The position numbers were made by a program, and so were the translations under genes. Source: Dehalococcoidia bacterium (GTDB lineage: Bacteria; Chloroflexota; Dehalococcoidia; UBA2979). Taken from it: a DNA stretch of 64,000 nucleotides. Numbering within the stretch: position 1 is the stretch's first letter; every line of letters starts with the position of its first letter. Under the pieces are notes generated by a model. The model did not search any database, was not told the DNA's origin, and was given only the letters and a program-made list of their open reading frames with translations. This document shows, piece after piece, positions 55,698 through 64,000 of the stretch. Location of the stretch: NCBI GenBank assembly GCA_020845735.1, contig JADLFF010000037.1, forward strand, positions 2,615 to 66,614. The letters run 5' to 3'.

Positions 55698-56048
55698 TCA
55701 AGCCGATAGTTCCGGATTGTTCTTGATTGAGGGTCCGTCGGCAGATTCGGGAGTTGATTGACTTGATTGATCTGGTGCGGTGGTGAGGGGTGGTGGTTCC
55801 TCGAGCCACGGGCGGAGGGTGCGGACCGCCGAGGCCTCGCGCTGGTCGCGGCTGCGTTGGACCGCGCCCCACGAGTCCATGAAGGCGACGAAGAGCGCCT
55901 GGCACCCGTGCGCGCCGGCGCGCCGCGCCTCGCGGTTGACGTCTGCGGGGTCCATCCCCTCGGTGGTGCGTTTCGCCTGGTGGAGGGCGCGGTCGATCGT
56001 GCGCTTGAGGGCCATCGAGAGCAGTTCGCCCATGGCAGGCGGGAGCAT
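55698..56048 (-). CDS. Hypothetical protein whose last 6 codons and stop lie inside the transposon right IR (probable insertion-altered 3' end)
   Basis: The stop TGA at 55698–55700 and the codons for ...NNPELSA are encoded by IR/flank sequence. Confidence 0.3.
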   Translation of the reverse strand: MLPPAMGELLSMALKRTIDRALHQAKRTTEGMDPADVNREARRAGAHGCQALFVAFMDSWGAVQRSRDQREASAVRTLRPWLEEPPPLTTAPDQSSQSTPESADGPSIKNNPELSA

Positions 56049-56390
56049 TCTGATCGGGACGGCGAAGGCCTCGCCGCTTCAGACGGCGAGCGCCTCGTCG
56101 CGCACCACCTCGTGGATGGTCCGCTTCGCGGCGTTGCGATTGCCCTTCGGGGCACCGGCGCCCGGCCGGGCGCCACCCCACGAGGTTGGCGTTGCCTCGG
56201 ATCCGGTGGCGCTGGGGCGGGAGACGTCCATCGAGGGAGTGTGCGGGGCCCCGCAGCGAGGTCCGAGGGGACAATGGCAGTACGGCGGTGGTCCCGCGAG
56301 CCCGATGGATTCACTCCTCCTCGGTGGTGTGGAGACACCCCGTGACGGTGGCGAGGATACTGGTCACGCCACCAGACAGGCGATGCAAGA

Positions 56391-56951
56391 GTGAGCGTCC
56401 GCCGGGTACTGCTGCCGGTCGCGGTTGCGGCCTTGATGGGCGCGTTCCTGGTGTTGCGTTCGTCAGCCGGTCCGCCGTCTGCTTCGGAAGCGGCTGCGCT
56501 GGTCAGCCCGTTCGGGGTGCTCGTCGCGTACGACGCCACGGGCGAGCGACCGCGGGTGCTGGTGAGCACCAGCAGCGGTCTCCGGTACGACGCCCTGAGG
56601 CGTGGAGGGAGGTCGGGTGGCCTCTGGTTCCGCGCGAGCTGGCAACTGACTGGTGGCTGGTATCGGATGCCCGCTACCGACGCACCGGCGAGCGCCGGCG
56701 TGCTGATCACGTGCGCCACAGCGCCCTCGGATGCCTGTTCGCCCATCGAGGTAGTGGGCGAGATCAAGGCGGCTGACGTCGTGGCCATCGAGATCGAGTG
56801 CGGAGGGGCGGTCAGTCGAGTGGCAGTCTCGGCACCGGGGTACATCGTGCGCCTGGAACGCTGCGATCGCGTCCCCGACTCGATCCGCTGGCTGGACCAA
56901 CGCGGGGGCGTCGTCTGGAGCCAGGAGGGAGCGATTCCACTGAGGGGCTGA
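56391..56951 (+). CDS. Secreted hypothetical protein (signal peptide, Cys-containing)
   Basis: VLLPVAVAALMGAFLVLRSSAG signal-like N-terminus. Confidence 0.4.
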   Translation: MSVRRVLLPVAVAALMGAFLVLRSSAGPPSASEAAALVSPFGVLVAYDATGERPRVLVSTSSGLRYDALRRGGRSGGLWFRASWQLTGGWYRMPATDAPASAGVLITCATAPSDACSPIEVVGEIKAADVVAIEIECGGAVSRVAVSAPGYIVRLERCDRVPDSIRWLDQRGGVVWSQEGAIPLRG

Positions 56952-56977
56952 CCGGCAAGCCCCCGGTGGCAGGCCGG

Positions 56978-57451
56978 TTACTCCTCCTCGGTGGTGTGGA
57001 GGCACTCCGTGACGGTGGCCGGAATGAGCGTGCCCGAGGCGTGTGCGCGAGCGAAGGGGTTGGACGGGCGGGCGAGGAGGGCGAGCAGCAGATCCTCGGT
57101 GCGCACCGTGTGACCGCCTCGAGCGGCGGCCTGTTGCAGGGCTCCCGCCAGGGCGGCCTTGAACTGCGCGGTCATCGCCTCAGTCGGCTGCTCATCCGAG
57201 TCAGTCGCACGTAGCTCGTGACCGAGCGTGTCCAACTCGATCAGCCCGCGCGCCGAGATCCGATCGAGGCACGTGCCAGCGGTCGCCAGGAGGGCGCTGG
57301 CGAGGTCGTCGGCCGTGGTGTACGGGCGTCCCGAGGCAGCAGCCGCGTCGCTCGCGCGGCGCAGGACGTGGACCATGACTCGCGTGAAGGGCAGGACGAT
57401 GGCCGAGTCGCTCACCGCCTGAGCGTAATTGCTCCGCCAGACCACGTTCAC
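56978..57451 (-). CDS. Clp N-terminal (Clp_N) repeat domain protein
   Basis: Two repeats of the Clp_N pattern, including GHTVRTEDLLLALLAR. Confidence 0.55.
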   Translation of the reverse strand: MNVVWRSNYAQAVSDSAIVLPFTRVMVHVLRRASDAAAASGRPYTTADDLASALLATAGTCLDRISARGLIELDTLGHELRATDSDEQPTEAMTAQFKAALAGALQQAAARGGHTVRTEDLLLALLARPSNPFARAHASGTLIPATVTECLHTTEEE

Positions 57452-57592
57452 CGTCGAAGGTCACGCGTGGCGCCTCGTGGCTCCCGTGGTTGCCTCGTGG
57501 GTTGCGGTTGCCCTCGGTGCGGTCGACGGGAACAGCGACTGCGTGCGTTGTAGGATGGCCAACCTACGTACAGGTCAGCGGGAGGTGATCAC

Positions 57593-58726
57593 GTGGCAAC
57601 GCAGGCGGCGACCGACTGGGTCGCGATTGCGAGTGAGCTGGGCGGTGGGTTCGAGGAAGGGGCGGCGGAGCGGGACGAGCAGGACACGTTCGTCGGCGAG
57701 CACTACGAGCTGTTGAAGGACCGCGGGATGCTCTCGGCGCTGGTGCCTGCCGAGTTCGGGGGTGGGGGCGCCTCGTACGGCGCGATGGCCGAGGTGCTGC
57801 GTGTGCTCGGGCGCTGCGAGCCCTCGACGGCGCTTGCGCTCTCGATGCACCAGCACCTCGTGGCGTTCCAGCTCTACAACCACCGCCACGGCCGTCCGGC
57901 GCCGCTGCTGCCCCGAGTCGTGGGGGAGCGCCTGGTGCTGGTGAGCACCGGTGCGCGCGACTGGCTGGAGTCGAACGGGAGCACCGTACGGGTCGAGGAC
58001 GGCTTTCGAGTCACCGCGCGGAAGGCGTTCGCGAGCGGCAGTCCGGCGGGGAACCTGCTCCTGACCAGCGCCCCATACGAGGACCCATCGGCCGGCTGGC
58101 AGGTCCTCCATTTTGCGGTGCCGCTGACGGCGGCGGGCGTGAGCGTGGGTGACGACTGGCGTGTGCACGGGATGCGCGCGACCGGCTCGCAGACCGTGTC
58201 GCTGGACGATGTGTTCGTGCCCGACGCGGCCGTGTCGCTGCGCCGTCCTCGAGGGGCGTGGCACGACGTGTGGAGCACCATCGCGACGGTCGCGCTGCCG
58301 CTGGTGATGGGGGTGTACGTGGGCGTCGCTGAGCGTGCGTCGGAGCTGGCGCTGAGCTTCGCGCGTTCGAACCCCTCGGCGCCGGAGCTGCAGTGGACCG
58401 TGGGCGAGATGCGATCGAGCCTGGCGGTGGCGCGCGTGTGCTGGTCGCGCATGGTGGAGCTCGTGGAGGAGCTGGAGTTCGAGCCTTCGCTCGAGCGGAC
58501 CGACGAGACGCTGATGATGAAGTCGCAGGTGGCGGCGCAGACGCTGCGGACCGTTGAGCGTGCGATGGAGGCGTCGGCCGGGCGTGGCTTCTATCGTCGG
58601 AGCGGCATCGAGCGGTTGCTCCGGGACGTGCGTGCGGCACACTACCACCCGCTGCCGGAGAAGGAGCAGGTGCGCTTCAGCGGGCGCTTTGCCCTCGGGC
58701 TGGACCCGGTTGAGATCCCGGGTTGA
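57593..58726 (+). CDS. Acyl-CoA dehydrogenase family protein
   Basis: ACAD N/M/C domain layout. GGGFEEGAAERDEQDTFVGEHYELLKDRGMLSALVP N-terminus; FASGSPAG middle-domain motif. Confidence 0.8.
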   Translation: MATQAATDWVAIASELGGGFEEGAAERDEQDTFVGEHYELLKDRGMLSALVPAEFGGGGASYGAMAEVLRVLGRCEPSTALALSMHQHLVAFQLYNHRHGRPAPLLPRVVGERLVLVSTGARDWLESNGSTVRVEDGFRVTARKAFASGSPAGNLLLTSAPYEDPSAGWQVLHFAVPLTAAGVSVGDDWRVHGMRATGSQTVSLDDVFVPDAAVSLRRPRGAWHDVWSTIATVALPLVMGVYVGVAERASELALSFARSNPSAPELQWTVGEMRSSLAVARVCWSRMVELVEELEFEPSLERTDETLMMKSQVAAQTLRTVERAMEASAGRGFYRRSGIERLLRDVRAAHYHPLPEKEQVRFSGRFALGLDPVEIPG

Positions 58727-58741
58727 CGCGTTGACCTTCGA

Positions 58742-59185
58742 GTGGCTCGAAGGTCTAGGGTTGCGGGCATGAGAGTCTCCGAGCTGTCTCGACGGGTTGG
58801 GCTGGCGGCGAGTGCGATTCGCTTCTACGAGGCGTCGGGCGTGCTGCCTCGGCCGTCCCGTGGGGCGAACGGGTACCGCGAGTACGGCGAGCCGGACGTG
58901 ACGCGGCTGCGCGTGTTCGCCTCGTTGCGGGGTCTTGGCATCGACCTGGCTGAGTGCGCGCGGCTGGCGAGCCTGTGTGCGGCGGGTGAGTGCGACGCGA
59001 TGGACATCGAGCTGCTCCCGCAGGTCGCGAGCCGGCGCGCGGAGGTGGCTGCCGCGCGACGCGAGCTCGACCACCTGGACGTGCAACTGGCCGGCCTCGA
59101 GGCTGCGATTCGAGGCGGCCGGTTTCGCGAGCACGCGTGTGGAAGCGAGGAAGGAGGGACGCCTTGCGAGAGCTGCCAGTGCTGA
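58742..59185 (+). CDS. MerR-family transcriptional regulator with C-terminal Cys-rich tail
   Basis: MRVSELSRRVGLAASAIRFYEASGVLP MerR HTH. Coiled-coil dimerisation helix. C-terminal CGSEEGGTPCESCQC, plus CAAGEC earlier. Confidence 0.8.
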   Translation: MARRSRVAGMRVSELSRRVGLAASAIRFYEASGVLPRPSRGANGYREYGEPDVTRLRVFASLRGLGIDLAECARLASLCAAGECDAMDIELLPQVASRRAEVAAARRELDHLDVQLAGLEAAIRGGRFREHACGSEEGGTPCESCQC

Positions 59186-59659
59186 CGTGTTGCGACGGCG
59201 CCTGCTGCTAGGCGGGTAGTCGTGCGGGGGTCGGTGGGCGCCCACCGGCTCCGGCGTACCTGACGTTCCTCGGATGCCCGGGGTGCCCTCGGGGTGCCGA
59301 GGTGCGCTGCGGGCGTGCGTTCGTGGTGTGTTTTGCCTCGGGTGTGGATGGTTCCTGGACGAGTCGTTTTCTACACGGCCGTCGGACGTGACGTAATCAT
59401 ATCGAGATGACTTTTACATATTCGGTCTGCTGATCCGTCGGCAGGCGGGTTCAGGGCGTTTTATGATTCGCAGGTCGGTGTCAGAGAACGCCGAGATGCT
59501 TCTGTTATGGTTTACAACGTCGAGGCGGGGGGCCCGGCCGCGTTGGTCGGGAGCCGAGGCGATCGCACCTGTGGCTGGGGACCCAGCCCGCGCTGATGCC
59601 GAGGTAGATGCTCTCCACCTCGCAGGTTCCGGGTTGCGGCCCGGCATTGCGAGTCGTAG

Positions 59660-60652
59660 ATGGCAGTTCGTGACAGCCGTGACAGCGTGCCGCGCGAGAC
59701 CGCACTGCCGGTGGACGAGCGGCGTCTGCGGGAGGCGCTGGCGCAGCTCGACGGGATGCATCGAGCGCTGACGACGCTCCTCGGACGGCCGAGCGGCGAG
59801 GACGCCGGTGATGCGATTCGCGCCGCGATCGCCGAGCTGCCCGAGGCGCGCCCCGCGATCCGCCTCCTGGGGGCGTTCTCCGTGGAGTTCAACGGACGGC
59901 CGGTCACCCTCAGTGCCGGGGGGAAGTCCGTGGCGGTGCTCAAGTTCCTTGCGGCGTCCGGGACGCAGACCGTGCCGCGCGACCGCATCCTCGATGCGCT
60001 GTGGCCCGAGGTGCCGGCGAGCGTGGCGGCGAGCCGCCTGCGCTCGGCGTTGCACGCGCTGCGCCGGGTGTTCGCGGACCAGGGTGGGGTGCAAGGGACG
60101 CGCGGCGGTGAGGTGGTGGCGTACGACCACGGCCAGTACCTCCTCTTTCCCGGGACGCTCCTCGTGACCGACGTGGACCTCTTCGAGGATGCGTGGGCAC
60201 GGGGGCAGGAGTACGACCGCGCGGGTGAGCGCGGGCTCGCGGTCGCCTCGTACGAGCGTGCGGAGCGCCTCTATCGCGGGGACTTCCTCGAGCAGGACGC
60301 CTACCTCGACTGGACGTCGGTGCGTCGGGAGCAGTTGCGCGACGCGTACCTCACGCTGCTGGCGCGGCTGGCGCACCTCTATATCGAGCGGGGTGAGGAC
60401 ATGGCGGCGATCTCGTGCTGCCACAAGCTGCTGCGTCGTGACGACTGCAACGAGGAGGCGTACCGCCTGCTCATCGAGGCGCACGGGCGTCGTGGGGACC
60501 GCAACGCGGCGCTGCGCTGGTACGACATCTGCGAGCGCGAGCTGGCTCGGGTGCTGGGGATGCCGCCCTCGGAGGGGACGCGCGCGGCTCGGGAGGCGGT
60601 GCTGAGTGCGACCGGTGGAACGGAGCCGGTGCGCCTGGCGACGGCGGGCTAG
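59660..60652 (+). CDS. SARP (AfsR/DnrI/RedD)-family transcriptional activator (OmpR-type wHTH + BTAD)
   Basis: IRLLGAFSVEFNGRPVTL..KSVAVLKFLAASGTQTVPRDRILDALWP is the SARP DNA-binding domain. BTAD TPR-like helices (YERAERLYRGDFLEQDAYLDW...EEAYRLLIEAHGRRGDRNAAL). Confidence 0.75.
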   Translation: MAVRDSRDSVPRETALPVDERRLREALAQLDGMHRALTTLLGRPSGEDAGDAIRAAIAELPEARPAIRLLGAFSVEFNGRPVTLSAGGKSVAVLKFLAASGTQTVPRDRILDALWPEVPASVAASRLRSALHALRRVFADQGGVQGTRGGEVVAYDHGQYLLFPGTLLVTDVDLFEDAWARGQEYDRAGERGLAVASYERAERLYRGDFLEQDAYLDWTSVRREQLRDAYLTLLARLAHLYIERGEDMAAISCCHKLLRRDDCNEEAYRLLIEAHGRRGDRNAALRWYDICERELARVLGMPPSEGTRAAREAVLSATGGTEPVRLATAG

Positions 60653-60653
60653 G

Positions 60654-61205
60654 GTGCGGGGCTACCTCGGGAGGTGGGGACGACTCGGGCGCCGTGGCGA
60701 GCGGGGCCAGGCGATCATCGAGACGGCGCTGCTGATGCCGTTCATCTTTCTCCTGATCCTGCTGGTCATCGAGTTTGGCTTCTTCCTCTGGATGAACCTC
60801 AACATCAACAACGCCGCTCGCGAGGGCGCGCGCTACGCCGCCATCGGCAAGGCCGCTGCGCCCGACTCGGGGACCTGTGTGGGCACGCAGACCGTGGCCG
60901 GGCGCGCCGTTGCCGTGGGTGGCGCGCGCATCGAGTGCGGCGAGGTGCAGGTCTGGTACGAGGAGCTGGCGCTGCCGGGGACCAGCGGGAGCCCCGTGGC
61001 AAGCGGTGGTGACGGCGTCGTGGTGCTGATCAACCATCCGTACCAGCCGATCACGCCCGGGTTCGGGATTCTCGGGCTGGGGGACACGATTGCGATGTGC
61101 GCTCGGGTGGAGGCGCGCGTCGAGGTGCCACCGGCGAGTGGGTCGCCCTCGTTCACGGCGGGCGCGTGTCCGAGCGCGAGTCCCAGTCCGACGCCGAGTC
61201 CGTGA
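60654..61205 (+). CDS. TadE-like pilus-assembly protein
   Basis: ERGQAIIETALLMPFIFLLILLVIEFGFFLWM is a TadE/TadG N-terminal signature. GTG start inferred, 2 nt after the SARP stop. Confidence 0.6.
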   Translation: MRGYLGRWGRLGRRGERGQAIIETALLMPFIFLLILLVIEFGFFLWMNLNINNAAREGARYAAIGKAAAPDSGTCVGTQTVAGRAVAVGGARIECGEVQVWYEELALPGTSGSPVASGGDGVVVLINHPYQPITPGFGILGLGDTIAMCARVEARVEVPPASGSPSFTAGACPSASPSPTPSP

Positions 61206-62575
61206 TCGTGGGGGGCGCCATCCGACGCCTGGTTGCGGACGAGCGTGGGCAAACGCTGCCCCTGCTGATGTTGATCATGGCGATGGCCATGTTCGCGTCG
61301 GCGTTCATCATCGACATGGGGATGCTGTACCGGGAGCGCGGGCTGGCCCAGACCGCGGTGGACATGGCCGTGCTCGCGGCGGTGCAGGAGCTGCCGGACG
61401 CCTCGGCGGCCGCGACGACCGCCATCGATGTGGCGCGGGCGAACGGCTTCGACGATGCGGACGCGACGATCGACGTGGCCGTGACCGTGGACGTCGATGG
61501 GCCGGACGTGGACGTCGACGGATTGAACTGCGCGACGCCTCAGTTCTGCGTGCGGGTGACGATCACGAACGACCACGCCTGGTTGTTCGCGAACGTGCTG
61601 TCGCTGACGACGGCGACGGGGCTGACCTCGACGGCAAGTGCGGAGAAGGCGCGTGAGCCTCGGGAGGTCGTGTTCATCCTCGACCGGTCGGGGTCGTTGA
61701 GCACGTCGCTCGACGGGATCCTGTACGAGATGCAGTACTTCAGCGGCGACACGCACCTGCTGCCGACGCCGGGCAGTGACCGCCTCGGGTTGATGCTGTT
61801 CGACTACGCGGGGAACTTTCCCGGGACGAGCATCGCGCGTGAGAATCCCCAGGATGACGAGCCGCAGGTGTTGCTGGCGCTCTCCGGGAGCTTCGGCAGC
61901 GGGGGCCCCGACTTCAGTGACGCGCTGGTGCTCCCGAGCACGGTCAACGACGCGGCTGCGACGACGACCGGCTTCGTGACCGCGCTCCCGAGCGCTGTGG
62001 ACGACTTCTATCGAGGGAGGATCCTCGAGTTCACCTCGGGCGCGCTGAACGGGGAGCGGGCGTTCATCACCGGCTACGTTGGCGCGACCAAGCGCGTGAC
62101 GGTGGCCCGAGAGAGTGACGGGAGCCCCCTGCCGAGCGCACCCACGAACGGGGATGGCTTCCACGTGGAGCCCGGCGCGACGAACTCCGACATCGGCACG
62201 GGGCTGTGGCGGTCGCTGGAGCAGTTTGGCGCGAGCCCGTTGCCCTCCGGCGTCCGGCGGGCGGTCGTCCTCGTGTCCGATGGCCAACCGACCACGCCGG
62301 CCGGGCCGGCGTGCGGGGGCGCCAATGGGGCGAACTGTGCTCGAAACGCCGCGCAGGCGGCGGGTGCGGCCGGGATCCCGATCTACGCGGTGTGGGTCCT
62401 GCCGAGCAACGGGAGCACGAGCGGGCAGGCGTTGATGGCCGAGATCGCCGCGCTCAGCGGGGGCAGCTACATCAACGCCGGCGCGACGTGCGCCGCACCC
62501 CCCGGCTCGTGCGCCGCGTTCCGCGCGCAGCTGACGGCGATCGCGCGGTCGCTGGGGATTGAGCTCATCGAGTAG
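61202..62575 (+). CDS. TadG-like N-terminus + vWA domain protein (Tad pilus-associated)
   Basis: GQTLPLLMLIMAMAMFASAFIIDMGMLY Tad-like TM/N-terminus. vWA MIDAS VVFILDRSGSLS. GTGA overlap with the TadE-like stop; track start 61097 is less likely. Confidence 0.6.
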   Translation: MIVGGAIRRLVADERGQTLPLLMLIMAMAMFASAFIIDMGMLYRERGLAQTAVDMAVLAAVQELPDASAAATTAIDVARANGFDDADATIDVAVTVDVDGPDVDVDGLNCATPQFCVRVTITNDHAWLFANVLSLTTATGLTSTASAEKAREPREVVFILDRSGSLSTSLDGILYEMQYFSGDTHLLPTPGSDRLGLMLFDYAGNFPGTSIARENPQDDEPQVLLALSGSFGSGGPDFSDALVLPSTVNDAAATTTGFVTALPSAVDDFYRGRILEFTSGALNGERAFITGYVGATKRVTVARESDGSPLPSAPTNGDGFHVEPGATNSDIGTGLWRSLEQFGASPLPSGVRRAVVLVSDGQPTTPAGPACGGANGANCARNAAQAAGAAGIPIYAVWVLPSNGSTSGQALMAEIAALSGGSYINAGATCAAPPGSCAAFRAQLTAIARSLGIELIE

Positions 62576-62590
62576 GAGCCCTCACCCCTG

Positions 62591-62611
62591 CCCTCTCCCA
62601 GGGGGAGAGGG
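62591..62611 (+). terminator. Terminator-like hairpin CCCTCTCCC-agg-GGGAGAGGG after the TadG/vWA stop, followed by direct repeat GAGAGGGTGGCCGGA x2 (62605–62643)
   Basis: 9-bp perfect GC-rich inverted repeat 16 nt after the TAG at 62573–62575. Confidence 0.3.
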
Positions 62612-62762
62612 TGGCCGGACTCCGGACGGAGAGGGTGGCCGGAAGTCCGAGTCCGTCTCGCGGCTTCACTCACTCTCCCCTCACTCACCACCAACAGGCA
62701 CTTTCTTATGGTTCGCCGACGTCAGGGGTGCCTTTCGTAAAAGGCCATCCGGGAGGACACGG

Positions 62763-64000
62763 TTGCGCCTGACCACCTCGAGCGTTGGGAGTGCCCTTGG
62801 GCCGGTCCGGCGCTGGTCCTTTGCGTTGCTGGTGACGGGAATCGGGTTGCTGATCACCGTGGCGAATGGGAACTCGGCCGCGCAGACACCTCCATCGGGG
62901 GCGATGGTGCGGATGCAGCACGACCCGGCGGGCCGCATCACCGTGGCCGTGACCGCCTCGGAGCAGGCGTTGCTGGCGGCGGGGAACGTGTCCGTGCTCG
63001 TGGACGGCGTGCCGAGGACGGCGAAGGTGACGCCTCCGGCGGACCGCGACCCGCTGCCGATCGTCCTCGCGATTGACGCCAGCGGATCGATGGCCGGGGC
63101 GGCGCTGGCCTCGGCGAAGAGCGCGGCAAACCAGCTGATCACCGGCGTGCGCGACCGGGACCCCGTGGGCGTCGTGTCGTTCTCGGACACCGCCGTGGTG
63201 CGGACGCGCCCGGCCGTGAACCGTGCCGCCGCCTCGACCGCTGTCGCCGACATCGCGGCGACCGGTGACACCTCGTTGTACCGGGCCGTGGACGTGGCGA
63301 CCGAGCTGGCGAGCGGCGGATCCGGTGGGGGCGCCACGCGAGGCGTCGTCGTGCTGCTCTCCGACGGCGAGGACACGACCGGGGACATCGAGGCGCGGCG
63401 GGTGAGCATCGAGAATGCCGCTGCGCGCGGCGTGCCCGTGTTCGCGTTCGGCCTCGGGAGCGCGATTGACGCGGGGTACCTCCAGCAGCTCGCCGACGCG
63501 ACCCACGGCAGCTTCGTGCCGGTCGCGAACCCGAACACCCTCGGGACGCTGTACAGCCAGCTCGGGCTGGAGCTGTCGCGGGCGACCACCCTCGAGGTGA
63601 GCGTGCCGCCGCTGGCGCAGGGTGTGCACGACGTCACCGTGCAGCTCGGGCAGCGGGGGGGCCGTGGTGTGACCCTCACGGGCCGCATCGAGGTGGACAA
63701 CACCGGCCTCCTGCGGCTGAGCGTGGCGAACAAGGGTGGCCCCACGGCCGCGATCGCCGTGAGTGCGGAGTCGGTGGGGGCGCCGAAGCAGCTCGAGGTG
63801 CGGTACGCCGTCGATGGGGCGGCCGTGCAGACCCCGGGTGGAGCGCCGTTGCAGATCGACCCGTGGCGTCGCAGCCCGGGCGCGGCGGTCATCGAGGCGA
63901 GCGCCTACGTCGATGGGCAGCTGCTGGCGACCGCGAGCACGACTGTGACGATCCCGAGGCTTGAGCCGCTGTTTGCCGTCGAGACAGCGGCCGCCTCGGG
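62763..64000 (+). CDS. Secreted vWA-domain protein, 3'-partial (runs off window end)
   Basis: TTG start with GGGAGGA RBS 5 nt upstream. Signal peptide RRWSFALLVTGIGLLITVANGNSAAQ. MIDAS IVLAIDASGSMAG...TGDTSLY...LLSDGEDT. No stop before 64000. Not in the track because it is partial. Confidence 0.65.
   Translation, partial: MRLTTSSVGSALGPVRRWSFALLVTGIGLLITVANGNSAAQTPPSGAMVRMQHDPAGRITVAVTASEQALLAAGNVSVLVDGVPRTAKVTPPADRDPLPIVLAIDASGSMAGAALASAKSAANQLITGVRDRDPVGVVSFSDTAVVRTRPAVNRAAASTAVADIAATGDTSLYRAVDVATELASGGSGGGATRGVVVLLSDGEDTTGDIEARRVSIENAAARGVPVFAFGLGSAIDAGYLQQLADATHGSFVPVANPNTLGTLYSQLGLELSRATTLEVSVPPLAQGVHDVTVQLGQRGGRGVTLTGRIEVDNTGLLRLSVANKGGPTAAIAVSAESVGAPKQLEVRYAVDGAAVQTPGGAPLQIDPWRRSPGAAVIEASAYVDGQLLATASTTVTIPRLEPLFAVETAAAS

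Larger units (their letters stand above)
52445..55716. mobile_element. IS1595-family transposon (about 3.27 kb) carrying a DNA methyltransferase–Mrr nuclease passenger gene; 27-bp perfect terminal IRs, TTGT target duplication
   Basis: Left IR TCCGGAACTATCGGCTTGACACACCCA (52445–52471) is the exact reverse complement of 55690–55716. TTGT occurs directly outside both ends (52441–44, 55717–20). GC visibly lower than flanks. Joining the flanks reconstitutes a sequence homologous to 43757–43822. Confidence 0.7.

Noticed and set aside
59414-60484. 356-aa minus-strand ORF overlapping the SARP gene
   Set aside because: The SARP reading frame has clear wHTH and BTAD motifs. The antisense frame has none.
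60833-63892. 484-aa and 403-aa minus-strand ORFs over the Tad/vWA genes
   Set aside because: Antisense to genes with MIDAS and Tad motifs. The partial plus-strand vWA gene (62763..>64000) explains this region better, even though it is absent from the track.

Overview
High-GC (about 70% by eye) actinobacterial-type chromosomal segment, with three zones.

1. **Accessory/defence zone (1–16.2 kb).** A 5'-truncated Type I R-M operon in hsdR-hsdS-hsdM order. A lower-GC Doc-type Fic toxin with an XRE partner. A mobile-element-like module: replication-relaxation protein, two soluble TrwB/TraD-like ATPases, an SSB-like OB-fold ORF, a RepA_N-like wHTH, an ExeA-like AAA ATPase, an Xis-like HTH and a 670-bp inverted-repeat-rich non-coding stretch. 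No integrase or relaxase is recognisable.

2. **Secretion-like locus (16.2–20.9 kb).** A 56-nt tRNA-like mini-element (T-arm, acceptor, CCA; no D or anticodon arm) occurs twice as an imperfect direct repeat with compensatory T-stem changes. It brackets a four-gene, translationally coupled minus-strand operon. The large gene is an unusual Zn-ribbon + RDD membrane domain fused to three FtsK/SpoIIIE-type P-loop domains (EccC/EssC-like); it is followed by three small helical WXG100-like ORFs. This is the most novel-looking candidate system.

3. **Core-like region (20.9–64 kb).** Paralogous lipoproteins, a tripartite ABC exporter, a two-component system, a vWA-TM-EAL c-di-GMP phosphodiesterase, a CoxLMS-like molybdo-dehydrogenase (tandem ~100-bp repeat array in its divergent promoter), aroA, serS, NUDIX, a SARP regulator and a Tad/vWA pilus-like cluster.

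A ~3.3-kb lower-GC IS1595-type transposon (52445–55716) interrupts this region. It has 27-bp perfect terminal inverted repeats and a TTGT target duplication, carries a beta-class DNA methyltransferase fused to an Mrr-like nuclease, and is inserted into a CTTGATTG-rich repeat that also occurs intact upstream of the cox-like operon.

Many long opposite-strand ORFs in the track are GC-driven shadows and were not called. Coordinates derived by hand-counting may be off by 1–2 nt.
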